A stretch of DNA of 63,568 bases, filler included, from Phoronis australis (taxonomy: Eukaryota; Animalia; Phoronida), in NCBI GenBank assembly GCA_002633005.1. It is 9 parts of 9 records of this genome, joined end to end, with 100 filler letters (N's around TTAATTAATTAA, not from the genome) between each part and the next. Parts side by side here need not be neighbours in the genome. Positions count along the whole stretch, not along the records: positions 1 to 20,499 come from NMRA01001103.1; 8 more parts are not named here. One strand, 5' to 3'. This document shows positions 1-11,309 of the stretch, one piece after another; within the stretch, counting starts at the first letter, position 1; each line of letters opens with the position of its first letter. The notes under the pieces were generated by a model. That model saw only the letters and a program-made list of their open reading frames with translations. It did not search any database and had not been told where the DNA came from. Made by a program: the position numbers and the translations under genes.

Positions 1-842
1 CCTTGATGACAGACTGTGCTTCTGCACCTCCCACTGAGGGCGCTGGCGTCGCTGTACTTTCCGTGGGCTCGCCGTCGTAAAAACCGTTTAATTTGTAATT
101 TCAGGTTTCTGAGTTAAACCAATGGGCACAGCGGACATTTCCTGGCCGTGCCGTATTCCCACAAATCGACGACCCACGACGAGTTCTTTACCGAACAAGT
201 CTACAGTTTGGCAAAGGCAGCTCAGGAAGTCCTGGTTTTGTACCCGATGACAAACATGAGGCGTGCGTCGCCGCGATACAGACACGTGGATTTCCAGATT
301 TGCCAGATTTTCATTTCGTTTCCCAAGAGGTAGTCAAGGCTCGTTCTGTGGAGCAAGGGGTCAGGGTGGAGGCTGTCTATGACTTCCTCCACACCAACCA
401 CCCTGCACTGTGTCAGGATATCTTTGGCAACAATAAGCCTAGTTAATTGATTTGAGTCGACCATAGGCAGCTGTCAACCTTATACGTGTATATGTAAAGT
501 TATTTTAGTGCAATCAGGTTGTGTATCACCATGTTTATGTACTGTTTTAGGCATGTATATCCAGTAAACCATTTAGTTTTTGTCATACCTCAGGGCAGAG
601 AAGCGTGGTTTATGCCCCAGAACACTGCTAACAAATGCCTGGATATTGCACATAGTGCTTATAGGTGAGTTTTACTGGCAGATTTGAGGTAAATGGTCTG
701 ATAAGATGGACCAGAGATGGTAAAACTTTCTAGCGTGTTGATAAGTTTGAATGCCCGAGAACAAACTTCAGGCAAGATCTGATTTCCTGACATGTTCATG
801 GAGCCCGTTTTATGACACTGACTTAAGTTCATTTTTACTTAA

Positions 843-1843
843 ACTGTCCCCACTGTGCATTTTCTTAGTTTTTGAGTCTTGATTTTTTTTAACTTTGAAG
901 CAGAACAAGTTATTTCTAAAAGTTTCTCGCCAAATGATGTAATGGGTGGAAGACGTCTGGTCACGTGACCATCAGTTGCGATGGCGAAAAGCAACAGATC
1001 AAAAGGCGTGGACGATTTTGAGCGAGAACTGCACAATTATCTTGGAGACAAAGAGGAACCGGATACGGGCATCTCACAATCAAACAATCAATTCGATTTT
1101 CCACTTAGCAAAATTTAGTTGAGTTTGAGGTCGTAAGAACTCGACCCACTTGCACGAGAAATGCTGCAGACACATGTCAGCCACAACCAACTAAACCAAG
1201 GAGTGGTCAATTTTCACGAAATAGACACTTAATAATCACTGGCAAAGGCCAAAGTAAGCCTGGGTCACCAGTATTCCCTGTGGCCATGTTGGAAGGAGCA
1301 CGGTCTATACCATGCACGCGCTCACGTGTCATAACACTTGATCTGGGTTGGGGTCGAAGGCCTGGCATCACTAGCCCCAGAATGGAAGCAGTTTGCTCGT
1401 TATTTATTAAATTTGAAAATACACTTACAAGGTGGCGAGACTTTTATCGTTAGGCTGCTATTGTGTTTGATCGAAACACAAGTGCTTGAATTGTGCCGAA
1501 CAAACTGGCTCGCGACTGAAAGGAATGTTCCACCCTGACATTCCACGCTCTCGTGCATCGCACAAACCGATGCCATTTCTGTGCAACTTACACGTATTTA
1601 GGAAATTTGAACACAGAGACGTTCTCAGTCAAGTTGTTGTTACTACAACCTTCACAAACGCACATTCTCATGTCTGAAAAGGAGGCTCTCCGCGGACTTT
1701 CCTCACAACTCCGCAGTACATGTACAGGTATATTCCCACTGGAAAACACGACGGCGGCTGAGACGGTCTTCCATCCATTACGTACAATCCCGATAACAGA
1801 AATTTTCAAAATTACTGGCTTGGTTTCTTAACAGTAGGCATAC
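843..1843. mobile_element. Decayed THAP-bearing DNA transposon relic (Kolobok-like)
   Basis: Minus strand ~1672-1465 reads MRMCVCEGCSNNNLTENVSVFKFPKYV*VAQKWHRFV, then after a frameshift VCSAQFKHLCF. This is the THAP pattern CxxxC..FP..W..CxxHF with a stop and a frameshift. Flanked by TTAA at 839-842 and 1844-1847 with weak inverted similarity (ttaaactgtccccactgt / ttaagtatgcctactgt). Confidence 0.5.
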
Positions 1844-3572
1844 TTAAGGCTATTAAATCTCTTAAGATGTGACCTTTTTCAGACGCAGGGTCATGGTGGT
1901 CCCAAACCGTGACACTTCAACATCCGATGAGTTTGTCAAAATTAAGACATAAATAACTTTACTCAAAACTTAAATCGAAATTGAGAGTTCTTTCTTGAGA
2001 CGGACTTGAGACAAATTTTAAGTTTTATATTAAATTGGCTGAAATGAAGGTTGGTCCGTTTTATTGGAATCGTGTCCATGATCTGTATATACAGTGTATG
2101 ATAATGGAACTCACATGTACATGCACACAGTGTCCATACAGGGGTGAAATGTAGTTGTCTTAAAGTCCTGCTATCAAACTACCCATGTGGTTCCAGTATC
2201 CGAAAATACTTACTACATAAAATCTTATTTTCGACACCCTTTCTTAATATTCTTTTCGCCTTTCTTCCCAAAAGCGATTTTTAACCGTATTTGACCCTTC
2301 TCTGTGAGCGTATAATTACCGGCTTTCATCGGTTATTTCGTACCCACATTAAATTTCCGGCTCATCAGTTCAGGAACTTGTCCTGAACGCCGCCATTTTT
2401 TCCTTGTAACTGAATGTGCTACCGCTAGCTCGAAAAGTATTCATTATTTTATTTCATTAGTAATATCTCGCGATTAAATTGCATATGTAGTGTATTCATA
2501 GTTTGTAGTTAGTGGTCGTTAATTTTTTTGGAATGTTACGCGTACTTATTATGTTAAAATAGCATTGGTGTTTAGTTCCTTATGTAGGCCGGTCGAAACT
2601 GGGAACCAATATAGGTCGAACCAATTTTTTTCGTTTGATTTATTTTCTCGTTTTGAAAAAGTACTTTGCTATCATCGGAAAGTTAGTGCATTCTACTCAG
2701 AAAAATCGAAAAACTATCAAAATCTGGGCAAGCAGTGTTAAGATATTGCAATTTTTGTGGCGAAATTTGGGTCACTTTGTTTGGATCGCGTTGGCCATTG
2801 GAGGACAGCGGGATAAGTTACGAGTTTAAAACTTTGTGTAATTGTTTTCGCCAACAAATTACAGTGAAATTTAGTTAGACATATCTTTACTTACTATTCT
2901 GCACGATTTAATAGTGTTCACCAAATTTCAGCCTCGCAGTTGTTACGTATTAAGTGATAAATGTGCTCACAATTCTCGTTGGGCTTCGTCTCATTTCTGG
3001 CGGCAAAGACAACATGGCGACTTTTGCTGAACTGAAAGGCATGTTCAATCGGCTACATGTACTTTGTAATTAATTGTGAAGATTTAACGTTGATACATTT
3101 TGACAAACGTTGCTATAAAAATAAATTTTGTTCAATTTTCGTGTTTTTTGTGCAAAATATGAGATGTATTCGAATTATTTTACTGTGAATTTCCCATTCA
3201 GGTGATCTTACACTAACCTAAAAAAATAGTTGAAATAATTTTGAAATGGTTTTTGTTTGACTGTCAACTGCTGTTCAAGACTTGATTCGGTGTCACAAAA
3301 TGATTCATATTTTCTAAATTTTAAGTCTCAATTGCTTTCAAGTCATGTTTTGTAACTTATTGCTTCTTAATTCAGGTTATCAAGTCAACAATATGAATAA
3401 TCATAATTTGGGAAATAAGCTATGTTGGGTTGTGAAGCTTCAAGCCTCCAATTCTTGTTCCTTGCAACTTCATATTTTTTTTAATCATGCTTGTCAAATT
3501 CTGGTGTAAGGAACCACTATTCGGTCACCATGGTAATAGTACACTTTCATAACATGGAAACTTTTGCTGTTG

Positions 3573-3791
3573 CATGCGCACACCCAGGGGGGGGGGGGGC
3601 TCGAAGGAGCCCCCTATTTGGCAAAGCGGGTAAAAATGTCCGCCCCCTAGATACAAAAAGTCCGCGAAAAGTCCATTAAAGAAGCGCAAACGCGCAATTT
3701 ACAGAGGTGATCCCGCCCACTCTGTTTTTAGCAAAAGCCCCACATCGCCGGGAATTCGAGCCCCCCATATTGAAGGCGGGGTGCGTGGATG
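3573..3791. mobile_element. Short non-autonomous TIR element with 5-bp TSD (hAT-like MITE)
   Basis: Imperfect TIR CATGCGCACACCC / CATCCACGCACCC (rc), an internal poly-G tract, and a perfect TSD TGTTG at 3568-3572 and 3792-3796. Confidence 0.75.
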
Positions 3792-5234
3792 TGTTGAATA
3801 GTGTTTGTAATGCTAAATGTTGTAAAGTATTGTACATTTTAAGTTACTCATTATTACTGATTTCCTCTTTCTTAACGCTTACTGTTTTGTCTTGTGTAAT
3901 TCAATTTTATCAAATGTGCCTTGTATATCCTCTACATTGTGTTTAGGCATGAATACATACATGGACACTAATTTAATGGGCGAATGTCTGGCGTTGTTGT
4001 ACCGATTAACCGAATTACTGAGAACATCGCCACTACCGTAGTGGAATTGGCTAAAAAGATGGTATTTTTCATTTTCCTGTTCCATCTTTCCACCACTCTC
4101 GTTCTCCCCTCGTCTGCAGTACAATACAGTTCTTGATTGACCTTGTTCCTTTGACATTCTCGTGATTACAATAGATTTACAAGTCTTGTCTTTCAACAAT
4201 GCAAGTCCCGTGTGCCTGAAGAATTTACTGCTGAACGGTAAACTACGCCGCCATTAACTAGTCCAGACTACATTATGAAATGGATTTCTAGAAGACGGAA
4301 ATCTCGCTATAAATCCTGAACGTATCCTCAGCCGGAAATTTTAGTAATGCCGTTTCAGTGGCCTTCTCTGGTTTTCTGCAAAAACATGCTAACCTTTTTT
4401 TAATCACAGACTCAGTCCCATAGACTAAAAGACATCAAGAAGCTTTCTGTTGACGCTGCTTTCCAATACCCAGCGTTGATTACACTCACCCCAAAAACTG
4501 ACTGCATGGCAAAATCGTTAACAATATTCAAGTATTCTTAAGTGAGGCGTTAAGCTCGTTCTAAGCAAAACAACATTGTTTTAGGTCAATAATTGTTATA
4601 AATATAGCTTGTCCGTTACTGAGTTAAAACAGGATATCCGAACTTGAGAACAACTGTTATCGTTTCAAATCAGGCCCAGTAGGTCACGTGTCACAGCGTG
4701 GGTAGTGTTTCAGCTCTGAAACCTAAAGGTCAAGATATGCTTGCGTTATATATCCTTTTGGCAGATTTTTGTTACCAATCGTACACTCCTGACATGTGGC
4801 AATTAGTTAATCAGGGTGTTCAGCTGTTTTGAAGTTGCGGAAGTCTGTTTTCGACTCCGGGATATCTCTTTTACACCGGGGTTCCTGTTTCGATAGAACA
4901 TCCTGTTAATAATGTCCTTTTGATAACGTTTTTGTGTTAAGTTTATAAAATTTATTGTTATGGTAGTTATTATTTTGTAGTATGTAATAAACATGTTGTG
5001 GCAAGTTATTAGAATAGCTGTCTCAAGGCTCTCATTCAAGCACGACATGGGAAGGGGGAGGGGGCGTGGGCGCACTTCTGTGGGGAATTGTCGCCAGAAC
5101 TGTGTGGGCTTTCAATCAAACTTTTGCGGAGTTAGTGAACGCGCCATTACACATCCATATACCTATGAAATGAATAATACTTCAATAGGCACGTGAAAAT
5201 ATATAGATAAATTTGGACTCGTTAAGCTCGCGGC

Positions 5235-5616
5235 AATATATTGCAAATTATAAACTGTGAAGAGATGAAATTGGATCAACTCTTCTGACATTGAGAGTTC
5301 TCGGATGATGTTTTTGCAATGAAGGAGTGGAGCTATGAAAAGACTCCTAATTATTTTCGATAATAGTGACAATTCAACGAAGTGTTCACTCTCCATTTGT
5401 ATCAAAGTGAAAAGTTGACTTAGACATGAAACTAAAACAATACAAAAAAGGGAAACCGATGTTTTCACCAGTCCAAAAATACGCAGTAGATTGAGAAACT
5501 TGGTTGAGTCCCTATTTGGGACTGTTTGATGCAACCGGGCACTGCTCCGTGTAAGCCGTCTATTATTTCTTAAACAATCATTACCTTGAGAAATAATAAC
5601 GTATTCGAAACGTCGC
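5235..5616 (+). mobile_element. Highly decayed Penelope-like element 3' end (GIY-YIG remnant + hammerhead-like motif)
   Basis: Frameshifted fragments QIINCEE, IGSTLLTLRVL and IIFDNSDNSTKCSLSICIK resemble the GIY-YIG domain. TTGAGAA...GAAACGTC follows at 5586-5614. Confidence 0.4.
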
Positions 5617-6593
5617 GATCATTCTGTCTTGTTTGTATGGTGAACAAAAGATCTCAAGATTTATATAAATCTAATAATTTGATAACGTGACTCGCCTGAG
5701 AGCGTCTGCTGCTGAAGCGCGAGCGCGGCATACTTGAGACAAATGAGCTCTTTGAGATTCTAATTGATCAAAGCGCCATCTATACATCAACGATGTATCC
5801 AGGTTCGAGTGTGAAAATTCGGATAGCGTGAGTTCGAGTTCACATTTTCTGTAAAACCAAGGAACATTCTAATTAAGCCTAAAAAAAATGTACTTAAAAT
5901 TCCTTGTCCTGATAATATTAGTGTGGACATTCGTTCGGAATTGAGAGGAGGTTGTGAGGTCACATTTTCGAAGGAGTGTGGCAAGCTCGCAATTTGATTT
6001 TTCAGGGCAAGTTTTTGATATGTAAACGTTCTGGATGTGGTTCGTTGGCAACTGAAATAAGATTATTTTAATGTAAGGACATTTTTAGAATCTACTTTAT
6101 ACGTCCATCTTCAGAAAGCAGTCTACCACAACCACCTGACCACGACTTCTTTCGTACTCAACAATTACCTTCTCATTATCATATTAGACCTGTCGTCACG
6201 TAACATTAGGTAAAAGATCATAGCATGATCTTACAAAGCGGGTATTCTGTAGCAGATACTACTAATGTCACGGTTCGTCACTTTAATTACCAGCTTAGCT
6301 CGTACTATCTACATGTACATTTACATGTTTGACATCAAACCGCGACCTCCTCATGGGTGCCACGTCTCATCACGTGACATGGCCATCATTCTAGCGATTC
6401 AGTAGAAAATGTTGAGTTTCACATTAGGAGAGACGAGGGCTAGTTCAATTTCTGGGCTGCTTGACAAAATGAATTGCTGTAACACAAAAACCGTAATACG
6501 ATGTTGCTACATGCAGACAATGTTTACGACTATCCGAATATCGAAGCAGCAGTCGCCCGCCTCTGTGGGCGCAATGCACGCGCGGAAAAGCAG

Positions 6594-6905
6594 AATCACT
6601 TAAGTTTCGCGATATATATCGTCATCAGTTATAAGTAAAGCACGTTGGTCATTAGGCTTTCTCTTACGTTTACAAAATTCAAGCCAGGTTAGGAATCGAA
6701 AGTCGGCTGCAAATTTCTCGTTCTTAGTTGTCGGAAGATTGCTTGTGGCATGTGAGTTTCTGTCATAGAATTCTGTGTGACCTTTCCATGCATCTTTCCT
6801 AAACCCTCGTTATAAATCTGTTGTTTAACCATGACGGTTTGCCAAATCGAATGCTTATTTGCTGACAAAAGCCTCTCGCCAAATGCCTTACTGTTCCACA
6901 TCGTT
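6594..6905 (-). mobile_element. Decayed Penelope-like element 3' end (GIY-YIG remnant + hammerhead-like motif)
   Basis: ORF 6689-6901 contains SKAFGERLL and QAIFRQL..LQPTFDS*PG, like PLE GET.R.FGERL.EH and EAI.IR..PTLN.D.G. It is followed on the minus strand by CTGATGA-cgatatatatcg-c-GAAA-CTTAAGT. Confidence 0.5.
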
Positions 6906-7456
6906 TATCCAAGGGAGGGTAATTACTATTCATCGACTACAAACGATGCGTAGGAAACACTAAAACTAGTAAGGTTTCATATATTGAAAACTCCAATGTT
7001 CTGCTGACGTACATGTAAAAAGCGATTTTCTTCGTAAGAAAAATTCCTCTTCCACGTCAACGTCCTTGTATTATTGCGCTTTAGCTGAATTGATTGCAAG
7101 AACGCCTTTATGGTTAAGGTACCTGGGTGGCTGAAACTAACACGCTGTGATAACACATGGTGCGAACTGTCAGTTCTTCTAAAAGTGTAGAAATCATTTC
7201 TAAAATGAACAAAAAACTGCGGGTCACTTTAAGAGGGTGCATATCCCTACTAAAGGAAGGACTGGGCTCAGTGTAACTTTAAAAAATTCGGTTATTTGTT
7301 AATGCTGTCCGCCGTCACAGTTAGAGATAAAAACGAAAGCAGCTTTTACAGTCACCTACCGACGCACTGAGGAAACACGTTTAGGATGTCATTTACTTAC
7401 CGTTGCTACAATGGATAAAACGCAAGCACAATCCCATTTATGGGTAGAAGCCCCCC

Positions 7457-7793
7457 NNNNNNNNNNNNNNNNNNNNNNNNNNNNNNNNNNNNNNNNNNNN
7501 NNNNNNNNNNNNNNNNNNNNNNNNNNNNNNNNNNNNNNNNNNNNNNNNNNNNNNNNNNNNNNNNNNNNNNNNNNNNNNNNNNNNNNNNNNNNNNNNNNNN
7601 NNNNNNNNNNNNNNNNNNNNNNNNNNNNNNNNNNNNNNNNNNNNNNNNNNNNNNNNNNNNNNNNNNNNNNNNNNNNNNNNNNNNNNNNNNNNNNNNNNNN
7701 NNNNNNNNNNNNNNNNNNNNNNNNNNNNNNNNNNNNNNNNNNNNNNNNNNNNNNNNNNNNNNNNNNNNNNNNNNNNNNNNNNNNNNNNNNNNN
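7457..7793. other. Scaffold gap (337 N), probably a collapsed tandem repeat
   Basis: N run with near-identical catt(t/g)atgggtag(a/g)agcccccc on both sides. Confidence 0.9.
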
Positions 7794-8742
7794 CATTGAT
7801 GGGTAGGAGCCCCCCCCCCACCCAACTACTAGGCCTATATCTGGTCCTTTAGAAATTGTGACAGGGACTGTTCCCACAATATCATTCCTTGAAGCCTTTT
7901 GAGACGATAGAAATTTCAATGAATAAAAGGACCAAAAAACATTAGTGTTTTATTGGCAATCTAAGCATTCACAAACACCATACAAACTACTTCCATTAAT
8001 ACTAGTAGATGTGTATAGCATTTCTAAAACAGCAAGGCCCATGCGACTTTCTAAATATTTCCCTAAAAGAAAGCTAGTGATTCAAGAGCGTAATCACACC
8101 TACATGTACTTGAAGTAAACCTTTACTTAGGTTGAATGGGTGCACTCCTCAACATGTACATGTAGGCCTAGATTTCAAAACACTGCCAACATAACAAATG
8201 TCGTTCTTAATTTTTCTCAATTAATTCGTGTTTGTCGGTTCTCCTCCGATGATAAATGTCTGCCAATGGTCCTAGTTTCGTTTTATTTATTCAAAACACA
8301 AAAGCAATGCACAACACACAATGATGGGACACACACACGCACACACACACGCACACACATGCAAGCACACAACACTCGCACGTACACATATACACGGTTA
8401 CACATCACACTCACTCTCGCACGTATTTCCAGAAGTGTCCACAGAATTAGAACCCATGAGTACTCCAGAAAACAAAAGAGACTCAGAGGACCATACTGTT
8501 AAATTCTTCAGGTTCACAGTGTCTGAAGTACAGATATTTGCCCATTTGCTTGTACTTAAGTCCCTTCTTCTTAATCGTTTGTATTGAAGTAGAAGCATTC
8601 TGAGTGGTTGGCTGTAGATGTCATATTTTCCAANTGGTTGGCTGTAGATGTGATATTTTCCAAGAAATACACCTGTATGCCTTAGTAACTTGTATCTGAG
8701 TTGTGTATCGTCCAAAATCCGTCTCTAAGACGAGAGCCTAAA

Positions 8743-8981
8743 GATTGTATTTTGTCAAATAACAAATGACTGATTGTATTTTGTCAAATAACAAATGACT
8801 GATTGTATTTTGTCAAATAACAAAATGACTGATTGTATTTTGTCAAATAACAAATGACTGATTGTATTTTGTCAAATAACAAATGACTGATTGTATTTTG
8901 TCAAATAACAAAATGACTGATTGTATTTTGTCAAATAACAAATGACTGATTGTATTTTGTCAAATAAAAAATGACTGATTG
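8743..8981. repeat. 29-bp minisatellite, ~8 copies
   Basis: Head-to-tail GATTGTATTTTGTCAAATAACAAATGACT with only A-tract length variants. Confidence 0.97.
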
Positions 8982-9639
8982 CAGACAAGAACTCATTGTT
9001 CTGAATACACTAGTAGAGATGTGTCATATTATCCGGGTATTTTTTAGAAAATGTTCAGAGAACTGAGTCGCTTGACACCAATGTACAGAGAACTGAGTCG
9101 CTTGACACCAATTTTGACAAGAAATTCATTTCTTGACACAATTGTATGGAGAAACCTTATCTGTAACCATTTAAACATCGTGTCACAAGTAAAATTATGG
9201 GAACAAGTATACACTCTCTCCACCACGTGGGTGAACCAGTGACGTTGATCTGCAATTCCCTCGTCAGGTCATGGCTTGGCTTTTATAAATGCATTCGATT
9301 AAGTGGAAATATATACTTTTGTTCCGAAACATTCTAACACCTTTGAAGTATTATGGTAAACTTCGCATTTCTGGAATCTTAGTTCAGAAATTGCACACTG
9401 AGGCACTCATTACTTTTGTATATACGCTACTCTTTCTTATTCCTCTCGGGAAACCGTAGCGGGAAAGGTGACCAACCATGGAAATGTAAGCAATAGTCGA
9501 TTACAGAAATCCTACATGTAGATTTTGAGAAGCGATTGGATGGCTGCTATTTAGTAGACAAAACTGGCGCTCGAACTGCGGGACGCCTGTAATAATTACA
9601 TTAATTACACGCTCGCTCGCCCCATATCGAGCTATACTC

Positions 9640-9785
9640 ACACGCTCATGCACACGACCATGCACACGCACGTACACACACACACACACACACAAGTGCG
9701 CACGCACACACACACATTCATGTATCTAATATATACATACATACATACATACATACATACATACATACATACGTATATATATACA
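9640..9785. repeat. Compound (CA)n/(TACA)n microsatellite
   Basis: Directly visible. A similar degenerate (CA)n tract lies at ~8310-8420. Confidence 0.9.
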
Positions 9786-10114
9786 CTACATTCAACTATA
9801 TGCTGTGACAAAGAAACGGGTGTTTCTCTAAAAATTATTAAAACAGGCAGCGCCCCCTCTTGTACGCAGAATTTGATTAATGCACGGCAGTGTTGTCTAT
9901 TGCTCTAATTAAAAAATGTCTACATTTCGAGCCTGGTATTATCTCATCTTCAGGCCGAAATAAATCGAGACATCGTTAAAACTAATAACAACAGGTCACA
10001 AAACTAGGCACCTCGAGTGTTAGTGAAGATGTGACGTATCGAAATATAGTTTCACTATCTCCTCTTGTCTTAGTCTGCAGATTCGACGACTATTCTGGGA
10101 GTTCGAGCGAACGT

Positions 10115-10610
10115 TTATTACTCTGCACGTGTAAGTGCAGAGTACTGTTGTTCCTGGGTTTTCTTCAATTTTATTATTCTTCTTATTCTTATTACTCTGC
10201 GCGTGCAAGCGCAGTGTACTGTTGTTCCTGGGTTTTCTTCAATTTTTTATACTTCTTATTCTTCTTATTCTTATTACTCTGCGCGCGCAAGCGCAGAGTA
10301 CTGTTGTTCCTGGGTTTTCTTCAATTTTATTATTCTTCTTATTCTTATTACTCTGCTCGTGTAAGCGCAGAGTACTGTTGTTCCTGGGTTTTCTTCAATT
10401 TTATTCTTCTTATTCTCATTCTTCTTCCGACCAACTTTGACACTGAATAACTCCAAAATGGTTTCAGGTATGTTCTTCAAATTTAACACTTGGTAGGCAG
10501 TATATAAATTTTGATTCGTTATATAATCATATTCAATAATGCACCGGAAGAGGTCATTTGGTGCAAAGGTCATGTAATTTTCAAAATGCTACTCCTTCTT
10601 TCTCCATGAT
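10115..10610 (+). mobile_element. Helentron-associated non-autonomous element (HINE/DINE-1-like) with four tandem copies of its 5' end
   Basis: Units start at 10115, 10189, 10271 and 10345. Each has TTATTACTCTGC...GCAG(A/T)GTA (inverted repeat) and a TTCTTA microsatellite. A core ending in aaatgctactcct follows, which fits HINE architecture. Confidence 0.6.
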
Positions 10611-10653
10611 AGCAAGTAACAGCATATATTCACGAAAACAACAACGGTTTTAA

Positions 10654-10701
10654 AACTTAACATGATTCGGTGTCATTTATTAAACACCATCCTCAGAAGT
10701 C
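10654..10701 (-). ncRNA. Minimal type I hammerhead ribozyme motif (degenerate) of the Penelope element
   Basis: Minus strand: GACTT CTGAGGA TGGTGT ttaataaatg ACACC GAAT CATGT T AAGTT, i.e. stem I, core, stem II, GAA(A>T), palindromic stem III, stem I'. It lies 80 nt downstream of the GIY-YIG stop. Confidence 0.7.
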
Positions 10702-10781
10702 ATAATACAGTGGCCACCTAGCTAGGCCCAGCAACAAGTAATGAAGCACAGATTCAGTCAGTTACAGGGAGTGACAATGAA

Positions 10782-11309
10782 CTAGACCAACAATGACAAC
10801 CTGTGGTGTGTCAGTTGCCTATTGATATTGAGTTTGCACCAACTGATATGTAAAGCCTCACGAATTTTTAGCTCCTTTGTTGTTACTGTCTGGTCTATTA
10901 TTGCAAAGTCATTGAAAGAGCACTGATGATAACAATGATTGGAGCTCTGCAGGTGAATATTTACATGTGAATTACTGTCAGAATTTAGATGTTCCTTGGT
11001 CCTGGTTTTCAAATGGCGAACAGTTTCGCCTATATAAATGGAGCCACATCCAGCACAGATAAATTTGTATACTACCTTGGACCGTAGACCCATAGAAATT
11101 TTGTCCTTAGGGTTAAATAAACTCGACAGTTTTAGAGACTTGAATGTTAATACAACTCCTAAGTTCACACAGTAATCATTCACCAATTTGTTGAGTTTTC
11201 GTTGAGCAATTTTGGCGTAAAACCCAACATAGGGTATTTTAAAGTACTTGTAGTTAGTTTTGTCTACAGGATGAACATCATCAGGTTTACGTTGGAGTCT
11301 TGCTTTCAC
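10782..11309 (-). mobile_element. Penelope-like retroelement, 5'-truncated ORF (linker + GIY-YIG endonuclease)
   Basis: KIPYVG...KDK...VVYKFICAGCGSIYIGETVRHLKTRTKEH...KIREALHISWCKLNINRQ is a canonical PLE GIY-YIG, uninterrupted over 175 aa. Confidence 0.93.

Noticed and set aside
1-464. Minus-strand ORFs 222-464 and 88-285, faintly like a frameshifted LINE ORF1
   Set aside because: No diagnostic motif recognised; cannot be supported without a search.
2330-2370. CTGATGA...GAAA on the minus strand
   Set aside because: No convincing stem II or III and no adjacent PLE remnant; likely chance.
7389-7919. Long ORFs spanning N runs (also 34606-35065)
   Set aside because: Artefacts of translating through gaps.
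8743-8981. Regular ~30-bp repeats as a CRISPR array
   Set aside because: Head-to-tail units without unique spacers, no cas genes, eukaryotic context.
10031-10450. Hydrophobic repetitive ORFs resembling membrane proteins
   Set aside because: They are translations of the T-rich tandem repeat.
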